A stretch of DNA of 64,000 bases from Camelus ferus (lineage: Eukaryota): positions 17,362,001-17,426,000 of the forward strand of contig NC_045696.1 in NCBI RefSeq assembly GCF_009834535.1, written 5' to 3'. The stretch's first letter is position 1; every line of letters starts with the position of its first letter. Both the position numbers and the translations under genes were made by a program. The notes beneath the pieces were generated by a model. It did no database searches. It was not told where the DNA came from and saw only the letters and a list, made by a program, of their open reading frames with translations. Below, in pieces: positions 1 through 12,574 of the stretch.

Positions 1-160
1 CTTGTAGATTAAAAAACAGAGAAAGACCAGCTTTGGGGCTAAACCTAACTATTCAGATTCTTCTGAAGTTTGTCAAACTGATTTCCTTATAAGTATTGCA
101 TGTCCTATCAAGTTTTCTAAAGATAGTGTTGTAGTGATTAAAAATTAAAAAGCAATCTAC

Positions 161-881
161 CAATTTCAGGATATTTATCTAAAAGAATTAAAATCAGGGT
201 CTCAAAGAAACATCTGCACTCCTGTGTTCACTGCAGCATTATCTACAATAGCCAAGACCTGGAGACAATACAAATGTCCGTCAACAGCTTAGTGGATAAG
301 GAAGAGGTGGTTTATACATATAATGGAATATTATTCAATCTTTAAAAAAAAGAAGGAAATCCTGCGATATGTGACAACATGGATGAATCTGGACATTACG
401 GTAAGTGAAATAAGTCAGTCACCGATGAACACGCACTGCTACTTCCACTTAGAGAAAGGAATCTATAATAGCCAAACTCCTGAAAGTAGAAGGTCGAATG
501 GTGGTTGCCAAGGCCTGGAGGAACGCGGGATATGAGGAGTTGTGGTTCAAAGGGTATAAAACTTCTGTAACACAAGATGAGTAAGTTCTAGAGATCTGCT
601 AAACAGCATAGTGCCTAGAGTTAACAATACTGAATTGTGCACTTAAAAATTTGTTCAGAGGATGGATCTCATGTTGTGTTCTTATCATCACAAAATAAAT
701 AAATACATAAATAAATACAATCAAAGAATCATAAGGTAACTTTTAGAGGTATTGACTATATCTATCACTTTGATTGTAGTAATAGTTTTATCATCAAATT
801 GTATACACTAAATATGTGCAGATTTTATATATCAGCTATACCTCAATAAAGTTGTTAAAAATAATTTTTTAAAGAAAAAAT
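161..881 (+). mobile_element. 5'-truncated LINE-1 3' end (L1MA-like) with A-rich tail and 11-bp TSD
   Basis: L1 ORF2-end/3'UTR sequence (CACTGCAGCATTATCTACAATAGCCAAG, ACAACATGGATGAATCTGG), AATAAA at ~845, direct repeat AAGCAATCTAC at 150-160 and 882-892. Confidence 0.92.
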
Positions 882-974
882 AAGCAATCTACTTTACTAG
901 AGTTTTAATAATGAATTGCTTTACATATGTTTGCAATGAACAACAAAGCAGCATATCCTGTGATCATTTTAATA

Positions 975-1270
975 GACAGCATGAATATAAATTTATTCAA
1001 AAATCAAAATAATCTGTAAGAAACACCGTGCCTATTTTAGCCTAAGACCAAGAATTCCACTCAACGTGAGCAACTCTAGCTACAGACCCATGGTTGCTGT
1101 CAGCCAGCTTGACGGTGCTGTCTCTCCTTAACCCTGAGTAGCATAATCAGTTAGTCACTCAAACAAACAAGCTCATAGAAACAACAGATGCTCCATCCAC
1201 GGAGTCAGGGTCACATCAGGATTCAGCCTGATGCCCTTCCTTTTTCGATGCTTAGAAACCAGCACAATCA
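975..1270 (-). other. Candidate terminal exon of an unannotated minus-strand transcript
   Basis: Minus strand: ~45-nt polypyrimidine tract ending TTATTCTCCTCAG|TGATTG at 1271/1270; AATAAA at 997-992 followed by a GU/U-rich stretch; no recognisable repeat. Confidence 0.3.
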
Positions 1271-1819
1271 CTGAGGAGAATAAAAAAGAAAAAAAAAAAA
1301 AGGAAAGGGAAAAAAAAGAAATCAATGTGAACAGGTTCTAGTACCATTTATTCTCTGCAGTTTACTTAATTTTGGAAACCGTTTGCAGACTTCTAACTTG
1401 GATAGTGTTGACTGAGTAGTTCTCAGTTTCACTAGTCATTTATTTTCTGCTTACCCCTTTGAAATTTACAAGTTTTCTACTTCCTTTAAAAAAAGCCCAT
1501 GTATTACTGATGAAGTACTCTCTAATGTGATAAAAATGCCCCAGACACAAAGACTTATTTACTTCCACAGGGAAGATGATCATTTTGATTCTGTATTCAT
1601 GATACGCACTTTTCAACTAAATCTAGAACGCTGTACGGCTTTTCTACACTAGCAGTATCTAAAGATCTTCAGTGAGTTCTAAAGCCATATGTAATCCAGT
1701 ATTGAAACTCTCACAGAGTAGTCAACATTTCAAAGGGCAAATGTGAGTTTGAGCCTCACTATTAGATTTCAGTATTGGTAATTGTGGCAAAGTTTCAGTG
1801 CATGCTAGTTATTGTGTTC

Positions 1820-1995
1820 CTGGAGTCAGGAGCTCGCAGAATTCTTCAATGCCACATGCAACTTGAATGACCTTAGGCAAGTTCTTAATCTGTCTAAGCT
1901 TCAGTAATATCTCTTATGACATGATTTTAAATTTTTGATGTTAGATCGCTGAGTTGATGCAAGTGAAGTCTAAGCAAAGTGTTGCATAATTGATA
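1820..1995 (+). mobile_element. MIR SINE fragment
   Basis: TGGAGTCAG...TGACCTTAGGCAAGTTCTTAATCTGTCTAAGCTTCAGT resembles the MIR core. Confidence 0.6.
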
Positions 1996-2396
1996 AACAT
2001 TAGCTGACATTCTTTACTCATCAATATTATTATTGCATTTATGTGGTCATAATTTGTTCTGTAGCTTGAAATAAAATTTAAATAAGACTGCTCCCTCATG
2101 AATATATGAAGTTAACATTTTATTCTCTATTAAGGAAACAGCGGAGTAACTTCCTGCCTTCATGTTATTACTTGAAAGTGACAAAAGAGGATGTTGTAAG
2201 TTGTTGGTGGGATTTTTTTTTTGGTAACTGTGGATTTATGAGCACATATCTCTACTCTTTCTCTCTAGAAGCATCCCCTCCTCTCCCTCATTCTGGCCCC
2301 CTGCATTCTTCCTCTCTATGTAGACGTCAGTGAATTATGTTTTAAATTTCATAATAGGACCAGTAGGAAATTAAATGAAGTATCACACTAATTGGT

Positions 2397-2531
2397 ACTG
2401 AGGTCAACTGATCTGACTGTTTTCTAAAAGGTGAAGGTGTAACAAAAATAATAACAATTTACACTGAGCTCAACTAGGCTGACTGCTTTCTGAAATGTAA
2501 AAGTATAACAAAAATAATAGTAATAATTGAC
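2397..2531. repeat. Diverged tandem duplication, two ~66-bp units
   Basis: ACTGAGGTCAACTGATCTGACTGTTTTCTAAAAGGTGAAGGTGTAACAAAAATAATA versus ACTGAGCTCAACTAGGCTGACTGCTTTCTGAAATGTAAAAGTATAACAAAAATAATA. Confidence 0.85.
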
Positions 2532-4637
2532 ATTTTAGAGTGTTTTATAGCTCCCAACCTCTTTTAAATGTATTATTCCATTTATTCAAATTTAACAACT
2601 AGTTAAGCTGCTGTTTTTTCAGCAGGGAAATCATTTAACCATCAAATCTACATTGTGTAAAGGAAAAATTGGGTCAAAATTAACTCAGTGGGAGGTGGGT
2701 ACTCCAAGTCCAAATAAGTCCCTCAGGAATGGATATGATTCTTATAAAGTCTCACACGCTGAGTAGTATATTATGTCTTTTGACATTATTAAAGCAAATA
2801 TGTGTGAATAAAAGTGTGTTACATTGTCATAAGCTTCGATCCTTTGAAACAAAGATAGCATCTTGCATGATTGTCAGGCAAAGTTCAGATAACCTAAGAA
2901 ATTTTGATTTAAAAGTAACCATATAATCTATGGAAAAACAAAAAAACAAAAAACATTGACTGAGGGGAGGGAGTTGAGGAACATCAGCAGTCTCGGTAAC
3001 AATAAACTCCCAGAATTAATTAAATTAACTTCTATGACTTGTGATCTATTGACTTCCCTTAGAATAAATGTCATTAATTTCAAGTAATTTTTTTCAGGCT
3101 TGGCAAATATAAACATTTCTCTGCATTGTTTTATAAAGGACAGAATAGGTCTTTTCTGTTTGCAGACTATTTTGAAACTTCCATGAAATAGCAAATCATA
3201 AAAAAACAGGCCAAAAGAACCAAGCTTTGCATATTTAATTACAATATGAAGAGAGCAGAAACGTATTTGCCAAAGCATTGCAGTCAAGGCCTTTCAGCCA
3301 ATTATTATTTAAAATGTGCATGCATGCTTCCTTTGTGCACGTATGGCATGGAGAAATAATCATCTCTCTATTCTGTTCATCATACTTAAGCATTTTCAGA
3401 ACTAAATAGATTCATAAATAATATGCTAAGTGAGAGAATGCTAAGAGTGAGCATGCCTGCCAGCTGTTTGTCACCAATGAGGGTGATAGATTTCATTTAG
3501 TTACAACTGGCAACATTGGGGTCATTTTAGCATGACAATTCCTTCTTATTTCTTGAAATATTCTTTTTCCTGTGGCCTGAGCCAGTTCACTAGTTTTGAG
3601 CAGAGTGAAGATATTTGCTGGCATCAGCTATACTCATGGGCTCAAATTGTCCTAGTTACTCATCAGTTACTAAAGCCTTAATTTTGAATTGTCCAGTGAC
3701 ATCATCTGAAACCTGGATTTTCTGTTAAATTTGATGCTTTTGAAAAAACAATTTAAATGCTTCAAGATATGTCTGATAAATTACATTTTGATCCAAAGAG
3801 ATAAAAATTTTGTATGTAATAAATTACATATTTTGGTACGTCAAGAACTGAAATGACCACCAATACTCCTTTCTATTATCAGTTACAGACATGTAAATCA
3901 ATTCTAGTATGTGTGCATAGATTGCAGTGTTCAACTTCACTGGAAAAAATAAATCAATAGCATTAGTAATACTAAAAAATGTAGTAATGTATATTAGTAA
4001 TAATATATAATATAGTAGAAAAGAATGTTTTTTAGAAAATATAATTATATTTATATATTATTTATCATATATAAAGTATATATAATATATATAAATCTAT
4101 AAAGTAACATATATATTGCTATGTATAGTAATATGTCAAACATTTAAATTATCTATTTAGTTAAAAATTAATAATAAGATATTTCAGAGGTCAATTTTCT
4201 AGAGGACAGTTCCAGGATTTAATAATATGATGTCCTTTCAGGAAAACAAATACTCATTTTGTACACAAAAAGAAGTGACTGAAATATATATCTAATAATA
4301 CATTTTTTAGATGCATTACACTGCATTTCCCTTTGTACCCAGTTTATTCTTAATCTCTCTTCAAAACACTGAGAACTACCCTGAAAGAATTTGTACCTAT
4401 CACAACAAATTCTCAGAGAAAGTTTCTTAGAATGATGTGTTAGCCACTTTCAAAAGGAAAGCGACTTATTTGTTCTTTCAGACTTAAAGCATTTACGTGT
4501 CCTTTTTACCTATAGTTAATTTTTATCTACTATTCTAAATGAGTAGAGTTTCATCCTATTTCTTTTTAATAATAGAACTGAAAAGCAGCTATATGTTTAG
4601 CATTATCCAAATAAATGGCAGGCTAAATAGAGAAGTA

Positions 4638-4720
4638 TAGAGATGGATAGATGGACTAATGGATGGATGGAGAGAGAAAGAGAAAGAGGGGGAGAGAGAG
4701 AGAAAGAGAATGAATAAAGG
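4638..4720. repeat. GATG/GA-rich low-complexity repeat
   Basis: Degenerate (GATG)n then (GA)n runs. Confidence 0.8.
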
Positions 4721-4777
4721 AGTTTCCATAATACCCATAATTTTCTGTTTTGTAGATTAAACTGTTAATTATTTTAA

Positions 4778-4860
4778 TATATATATATATTCTAAACCAC
4801 TATGCTGTACACCAATTTACAGCACCGTAAATCAACTATGCTTCAATTAAAATAAAAGAA
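4778..4860 (+). mobile_element. Extreme 3' tail of L1 (laurasiatherian type)
   Basis: CACTATGCTGTACACC...GTAAATCAACTATGCTTCAATTAAAATAAAA. Confidence 0.75.
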
Positions 4861-4864
4861 TAAG

Positions 4865-5150
4865 CAAGAGAATTCACACACGAGGCTTGTAGATCTCTGC
4901 ATCCACCCACTGGGAATCTTAGAAGTTTATATAGACTTTAATAAGGATCAGTTACTACACAGCACAGATGGTCTCAATATCACCTTATTCTCTCAAGGCT
5001 ACATCCCTGGAACAGCTCCAGCTACAGGAAGATGGGCAAACATACATCACAAGGACTGGGGAGGGGTTGAGGAGTCTCTGATTGCCCAGGTCAAGCTCAC
5101 AGTTCAATCAGAAGTCACGGTCACATCCTCCCTGATGACCTTCTCCAACA
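4865..5150 (-). mobile_element. ERVL-class LTR fragment (MER54-like)
   Basis: Minus strand begins TGTTGGAGAAGGTCATCAGGGAGGATGTGACC, resembling the MER54 5' end as recalled. Confidence 0.55.
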
Positions 5151-5440
5151 CCTTCCTTACAGTATTTTTAAGATACTTTTGAAAAAACCCATTTGGTAAT
5201 TGTGGCTAAAGTACAGAGGTAGAAATTATTTTTTCAAAATTTTAAGTTCAGGCTTAGAGAATAAAGGCTAAATTACAATTGAAAGCTACAAAGTCCCTTC
5301 TGTCTCCAGCAACACCCAAATTTCCTATGCCAGGATGGGGCTGAGGATAACAAATAAAAGATCAACATCAGGTAGCATCTCTGCAGGGTGTTATTCAATT
5401 GAATACTTCCCAGTGGGCCTCAAAAGTTATTGGAGTTTAT

Positions 5441-5541
5441 TTTTATTACTAATTTACTTATTTAGTGGAAGTACTGGGAATTGAACGCAGGACCTCATGC
5501 ATGCTAAGAATGTGCTCTACCATTGAGCTATACTCATCCAC
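5441..5541 (-). mobile_element. tRNA-derived SINE (camelid Vic-1-like)
   Basis: Minus strand GTATAGCTCAATGGTAGAGCACATTCTTAGCATGCATGAGGTCCTGCGTTCAATTCCCAGTACTTCC plus AT-rich tail; Pol III A- and B-box-like motifs. Confidence 0.88.
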
Positions 5542-7849
5542 TAGGGGTTTAATTTTAAATGTATCCAGATCAGGCTACAATTAACAGGATCATCCACCGT
5601 ATAGCAGCACTGGCCTCTGGATGGAGTGCTCAGTACCACTGCTGTTTCTCACTGTAACTTGATCCCATAGACCTCCTTCTGTTTGGTCACCTGAACTTCC
5701 TTCCTGAGTAGCTCCATTACTGTCTCCACTGGGCATGACCTCTGCCCTAGCTAGACTTGTAATTTCCATTCTCTTCTGTTTTGGATCTTCACAGAAATCA
5801 AGCAGAAGTCACATATAGATGTGAAAAGACACACACAAATTTTTGGGTTCAAACATGAAGCAGAGATGACATGGGATAAATTCAGAATATCAGGAAGTTC
5901 GACAGAAGTTCAGTCTTAAATAGCAATAGTCTGGTAATTCAAATTAACAATTTTATCAGAACTGGCAGCCAGTCCTTTGTCACTCTTTCCACCCCCAGCA
6001 ACAAATTTGTGTTCCTGAGAAATACATGAATGCTGGAATTTTGATGTTATTGGTCCCTGAGTGTTCCCTGATTCCTGTCTTACGAAACTCATCATGCTGA
6101 CCCTTCTCATTGTCCCTAAACTTGCAGGCACTTAATAAATAGTCTAAATTTATGTCAGTGTTCAAGGGGCAAGAGCCAGTTCTACACTGTTTCATTAGGG
6201 AGCAGTGAAGCACACATATAAAATATTTAAAATATTTTCTTATTTTAAGAGCATTCCTAAATCATGTCAAAAATGTATTGAATCCCTTATGTAAGTCAGA
6301 CATTGTGAAAGTCATTTTCACTTTTATTATCTTTTATTCCTTACAGCAAACCTCTTGCAAAGGTTTTTATTATCCTTGTTTTATGGATGGGGAAACAGAG
6401 GGCCATAGAAATTATTTAACACAGCAAGATTTTACCTCTGAACTCTGACTTTAAATCTAACTCTTGAAGATATTAAACTCATCATATGTCAGTGACATTC
6501 AGTCATAATTTAATAGTATATAAAAATTATAATCTGTATTAAGCACAATGAAAATGCAGGCCGTTAGTGTTAAGTTAAATTTTTCCTAAGTCACTTGAAA
6601 ATATTTTAGTTTGCCTTAATTTTTAAAGTTTTTGTTGTTGAAGTTAATATTGCCATATGATAAATAGATAAGGAACAATTCAAATTCCAGTGATGAGGGC
6701 TATTCGTTAGATAGTATCTCGTCTGTATTGCTGTGGAAACTCTTATTGTTCATGTACAACTAAAAAATTTTTAAATCTTTCAAATTTCCTTTCAAATGCC
6801 TGAAATTTGTCTTCCCTTCAAATTCAAGTTTTCATTTTCATTTTTCCTATGACTAGAATATTGATATTATCCTCTTTGCATTCTACAATTGAATGCAAAC
6901 ATTCAAGTTAAGTGTTTGAAGGAAAAATGGTTTTCAATGTGCCTACCAACCAGCTTAGAAAATACAACATTTCCAATCTTTTAAAAATTTTCTATATATC
7001 CTATATCTATTTTCTATATATTTTATGTTCATCTACCACCCTCACTGCCTATATAGCCACTCTTGTGAATTTATGCTAACTTTAATTGCATTTATCTGTA
7101 ATTTTCCATATATATACATATTTTCATGTATGTGGAAATATATGTTATATTTATATTATACACAAATATTATATGTACACTACACACACTTGTACATACA
7201 TACAAACACACACACAACAAGACAGTACTGAAAGTTTTATTACTCATACTGAGACTTTCTAAAGAGAGCCAGGCAGGTTTCCATGCAAGTCTGAAAATGA
7301 CTTGAGAACAAAAAGAGCAGAGAATGGTTCTGGTTATTATTATGGTTGGGGTGAGGCCAGGGTGAGGGTTAATGTTCCTACTAGTGCAAAAAGAGGAAGC
7401 ACTTGGGCTTTATCTTGGGGTTGACCACATGTGAGGGAAGATGAAAAGAAGAAAAGGGAGGGCTTAGAAGTTCTTAGCAGTCAAACATCAAAAAGGGAGC
7501 CAGACTTTTATTCAGTCCTGGAGATTGATGAGCTATGCCATGTTCCCCATGTTCTATTTGATTGAATTTTATTTAAATAAGCTATACGGCTGGCACATTA
7601 TCAGTCTGGTAACCTGAGGCCACTTAGGGATGTCAAAGTCGCAGTGAATGGCTGTTTGAGAGCTCAGCATTGAGTATTTTGAGATGTGAAATGTGTGCCC
7701 TGGTAACTGTCAATGATATCTTGAACTCTAAAGGGGATAAGCAGTGTCTTGATGAAGCTGTGTATTGTGACTTTAGTGCATGCAAAGACATGTATGATTG
7801 TGCTTTATATTTTGGGTATCTATGAAGTAAGAGATTTTCAGTGATCTTT

Positions 7850-9340
7850 ATTCCCAGATGGGGCAGCCCTGGATAAGGAATTGTTGTTTTGGCTATTGGC
7901 CAGATCAGATGGTCATACCATTGAAAATGGTCCTACTGTCTGTCAAAATGTGCAGATGGGGCTGTTGCTGCCCAAGCCATCCATTATTGTACTGACCCAG
8001 GTGTCTTGGTCTTGATCCGAGATACATGGTTAAGGAGAGGATGGTGCTGACTCCCCTGAGGGCTCTAGCACATGTAATGACGGGGCTGCCATTCATATAT
8101 TATATGAATTCTCTTTGATGTTCAGTCAGTTAATCCCAATGGACTCTCACGTAATCAAAAGATTTGTTAGAGGAATGACTGCATCCACATCATGGCATCT
8201 GAAAGGTACTAAGGATAGCCAAGCCACCCCCTTGAGTAAGGAATATGCTAGAGGGCCCAGGATTCATTCTATTCTATTAACACTGTTTTCATTTAGCAAG
8301 AGGCCATGTCAAGCTTCTGGAGTGCTTCTTCCACAGCCTAACTCGTAATGGGCAGTTGGATATAGAAGGTTCCATGTTTAATGCCTGTGAAAGCTTCTCT
8401 TTCAATAAGATCCATGTATATATCCAGCAATTTTTGCCCTAATGTCAGGTAACATGCAACAAAGAAGAGTTTCTTACATTGGGAAGCCTATGGAAGTTTT
8501 ATGACCATCAGTTGGTCCTAGGAGTCTAGGAGGCATGAAAGGAATTTCCTCTATTCTGTAGAATGAAGGGGTCTCTGGGGGGAAATATTTGGAGTATCTG
8601 CTACAATGTAATTTAGACAGACTCTAGAGTTTTTTGGTTGGAAGGAGGGACATTCAAAGAGGGTCAAATTATGAATAAAAGCATTTCTAGGCTTTGATAA
8701 AATTTAAAATTAGAAACATGTTTTTTTTCAGAACCCAAAAAGCCCTAAAAGATATTGAGTCCATTTTAATATTATGGGTGCTGGTTTAGCTGCTCTTTCT
8801 TATCAATGTCAGGGATGAAACATCTCCACTGACCAGGTGATTCTCAGAAATGTACTGAGATGGTGGGAACTAGTACTTTACGTGTGGCAGTGGCCCATTC
8901 CTTCTTAGACATTCTCTGTGGATATTTGGATGTCCTGACTCTGTATGTCAAATGAGTCAACTAACAGAAAGATGGAATTGCTGTGATGATGTATCTGTGT
9001 TCCTGGAGAAAGCTGGATGTGGTTGAGATCTTGGCTGCAAGAATTGTGTGTGATGGCAAGGCTATTGTACCCCACGGGTTGCTAGGTAAAGACATACCAT
9101 GTCTTTTTGAAGGTGAAGGCACACTGGGGTTGAAATGCTGGTGAAATAGTCCCTGAGAAGAATATCACCAAATCTATGACAAAGGATCTACCAGTTTCTG
9201 ACTGAATGGAGTCAGTAATTTCAATGATATTGAGTATGGGAGCCAATCTACCGTGAAGCACCAGTCATTCTTTCCAGGTTTAAGAACAGGCCATATTGAG
9301 CTGTTAAGTAGAGAAGCAGTGGGGATAATCACCACTTATC
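7850..9340 (-). pseudogene. Degenerate ERVL pol (reverse transcriptase and RNase H)
   Basis: 9332-9246 translates VIIPTASLLNSSIWPVLKPGKNDWCFTVD (class III RT SPxNSPIWPVxK..WRxTVDY motif); ORF 8096-7905 ends LHILTDSRTIFNG (RNase H IYTDS..NG motif); many stops and frameshifts. Confidence 0.85.
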
Positions 9341-10329
9341 TAAACAGGCCTTATATAATCAGTTTCAATCTTTAAAGGTCTTGTTTTAAGTTATATTGAG
9401 ATGTATTTTGTCAAGGGGATTTTAAGGGCTAAAATCCTAATTCAAATTTAATTTAATTTATTATTATTAGTTACTATTCATGACTGTTTACTTTAATATT
9501 TTGCTTGTTGAGTCAAAGTATATCCATCCATGCCAAGACATTTTAAGGCAATAGGTGCTATGACCATGGGGAATTGGGAAAGACATGAGTTCTGATGGTT
9601 AAGGCGAAGTGTACCTGCTTTCCTCTATTTTATCTTTGGTAACTTTCCTTAGATTAAAGAGGATATTTTGTTTAAAATTATTAGGACTCACAGACTAAAC
9701 TATAATTTAAGCCCCAGTGTTAATTAAGTCCATGAAAGTTTGTCAATTGGTACATTTTAACACATATTAAAATTAATTTATAACCTATTTTGTAGAAGCA
9801 CAAAAACCATCAGTGCCATTTTATATTTCTTCTTATATAAATTCTTTTAGTAAGTGTTGAGTATCTAATTTAAATCAGAAAACTGCAGACATATGATTCA
9901 GTTTTTTGTTTCCTCCCACTCTGTTCAGTTGTTTTTTGTTTTTGTTTTTGTTTTTGTTTTCTTTAACAGTTACTGAATGTAATGCAGGGGATTTAGTTGA
10001 GTCCTCTTCACGCCATTTATATTTATATGTTTTTTCCTCCAGAGAGTCTCAAGAAAGTATCATAAGGGTTAGGAACTTCCCTCACAACAATGGTAGCTTT
10101 ATTGAGTTTAGGGACTTAGTCTTAAGTCATGTTTGAATTCATACCTTGATTGTGCCAGGATGGTACCTTGGAATTTTTTATTGTGACCCCAAAGATCATG
10201 ATCTTCTTCTGATAAAAGAGGAATAGGTAACAATAGCAGCAAAGCAGTTTTTAGAGTCTTAGCAAACCACCTGCTTTTAGGAGAGTAAAACTTAGTGACT
10301 GCCCTTTCCTTATGGGTGTTGCCACCCAG

Positions 10330-11021
10330 GGGGACCCTGTACCCAGAGATAGCATCTGATTCCACATGTTGAGGGCTCAGTCCAACAAGACTGCCCCCCA
10401 CTTCAGAGCCAGTCTCCAGTTTAGATTGTGACCTGCTTCTGACCAATGAGCTGTAAGTCACAGCTTCCTACAAACCCCTCCCTGGGATTGATTAATTTGC
10501 TAGAGTTTTGTTGGAATTCAAGAAACAGGTTTACTCACTAGATTACTGGTTTATTACAAAGTTTATGAAAAGATACAAATCAACAGCCAGATGAAGGGTT
10601 ATATGGTGGGAGGTCGTGAACAGAGGAGCTTCTGTCTTCATGGCATTTGGGGCCTGGCACGAGGAAGCATTCTGTTTCCCTAACCAGGAAGCTCTTTGAA
10701 CCCCATTCTTCTCTGTTTTTATGGAGATTTCATTACATTAAGTATGATTGATTGAATCATTGGCCACTGGCAGTCTGTTCAACCTCCAGCCCCTCTCCTG
10801 TCCCCAGAGGTTAGTGGGGTGGGACTGAAAGTTCCCACTTTCTAATCACAGGGCTAGTTCTCCTGGTAGTCAACCCAAATCCTTAGGTATGGTCCAAAAG
10901 TCACTTTATTAAAATGACAAAAGACATTTTCATTGCGCTCAGCACAGGAGATTCCAAGGATTTTAGGAGCTCTGTGCCAGAAGACCAAATATATATTTCC
11001 ATTATAAATTGCAGTATTATA
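10330..11021 (-). mobile_element. MER21-like LTR nested in the ERVL element
   Basis: Minus strand AATATATATTTGGTCTTCTGGCACAGAGCTCCTAAAATCCTTGGAAT; plus strand GAGGGCTCAGTCCAACAAGACTGCCCCC, both matching MER21 as recalled. Confidence 0.8.
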
Positions 11022-11399
11022 AATTTGAACTTCCCACTGGTGCCAAAGAAGGGAGCCCCTGAGCTTTCTTATTAATTTTCACAGATTTGAGCAGGAAGGA
11101 AGAGGGAGGAGATGTCAGCAGTCAAATATCAAAAATGGAATCAGACTTATTAACAGATAGTTAATAATTATCAGGTTTATTAATTTATCTTGACTGCCAT
11201 CTAACATTCTTTTATATAAGTGTAGCATAATTTATCCATTCTATTGTTAATATGAAAGTTGTGTCAATTTTTTCTTTAAGAACATTAGCCACTATAAACA
11301 TTTCTGAAATGCTCTTCTTCTCAAACTCTCTAGGCAATCATGTTTGGGCATCTTTGTACATGCTGTATCCTCCGCTTGGAATCCTCATTCCCAGATGTG

Positions 11400-11645
11400 C
11401 ACAGCTGTCTCCTGTATCTCATTCAGATCTTGTCTCCAATTGCCATTTTTAGAGAAAATTTCCCATATCAGTCTCTACTATTCATTACTCTTGCCTGCTT
11501 TATTTTATTTTTTTTTAATCAACATCAGAATGAAATTACTTATTTGGTTTAATACTTATCCCCTCCCACTGGAATGTAGGCTTCATGAATGTCTCCATCA
11601 GTGCCTTGCATAAGGTGGAAATTCAAATAATTTTCAACAAATGAA
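11400..11645 (+). mobile_element. L2 3'-end fragment
   Basis: CTCCCACTGGAATGTAGGCTTCATGAA...CAAATAATTTTCAACAAATGAA, typical L2 terminus. Confidence 0.55.
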
Positions 11646-12414
11646 AACACATTATTGTGTAAGTGAGCAAGAGTTTCTCTAAGACATACACTTAGCAAAA
11701 AATTTTCTGGGTAGTAGTGTATAGTCATTTTTACTTTAATAGGTAGTATCAAACAGTTCTAAAAGTTGCTGTGACAAATAAGAGCTCTGTCCACTTACAA
11801 ACACTGGTTGATGACCATTTTTCCCTCTTTCTCCCTCTTTTTCTCCTTTTCTTCTTTCCAGTCTCTCTCTCTGTCTCTTGCTATCATTTGTCAACCTGAA
11901 GATGGCAAAATTATATCTCTTTGTGGTTTTATTTTGGATGCTCCTAAACAAAAATATGGTTCCTTGCCAATAAAATTCTTCTTCATATGTTTTGCTTTTT
12001 TTCCCCAGGTTTTTTCATCTCAGTGCATTGTAATTCTTACAATGGAAATTAAATTTGTGGTATGATTATTATTGGAAATATGTATTACACATTTCTTTAA
12101 AGTTTTATAATTTTCACTTTAAAGATTTTAAACAATGGTAGATTTATTTCTAAATATATCATATTATATTGGTATTTTAAACTTAGTATTTTTAAAAGAG
12201 CATTTTAAATATTCATTGTTAGTCTATACTACACAGCTTTTTATATTGATTTTGTATAAAACATTAATAATTTGTTATTAGAGTCTCCTTTCTCCTCTGC
12301 TTTAGGATTTAGCCACAATTCTGGAAGACTAAAAAAAGAAAGAAGTTCTATTCCAAATCCTGTTTTATAGCTATTAACAATGTGTGTAGACTACTTTTAC
12401 TGGGTATGTAATTT

Positions 12415-12574
12415 ATTTTTTATTTTAATTAATTAATTTTAACTAGTCTTTTTTGGAGCAGTGGTAATTAGGTTTTTATTTAATTTATTTATTTTAATGG
12501 AGGTGCTGGGGATTGAACCCAGAACCTTGTGCATACTAAGCACATGTTCTATCACTGAGCTATAACTTCCCCCC
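12415..12574 (-). mobile_element. tRNA-derived SINE (camelid Vic-1-like)
   Basis: Minus strand GGGGGGAAGTTATAGCTCAGTGATAGAACATGTGCTTAGTATGCACAAGGTTCTGGGTTCAATCCCCAGCACCTCC plus AAACCTAATTACC tail. Confidence 0.9.

Larger units (their letters stand above)
7226..11155 (-). mobile_element. Decayed, internally deleted ERVL-class provirus with MER74-family-like LTRs
   Basis: Related LTR ends (GCAGTCAAAYATCAAAAA-GGARYCAGACTT) at ~7478-7514 and ~11118-11155; pol remnants between them; possible 5-bp TSD GACAG (7221-7225) / GATAG (11156-11160). Confidence 0.85.

Noticed and set aside
323..535. 70-aa ORF MEYYSIFKKKKEILRYVTTWMNL
   Set aside because: Degenerate L1 ORF2 C-terminal region, not a host gene.
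1000..1320. Plus-strand processed pseudogene ending in AATAAA and an A-rich tail
   Set aside because: Only a weak 7-bp flank match (AAATCAA) and no parent gene recognised; remains an alternative reading of the minus-strand acceptor.
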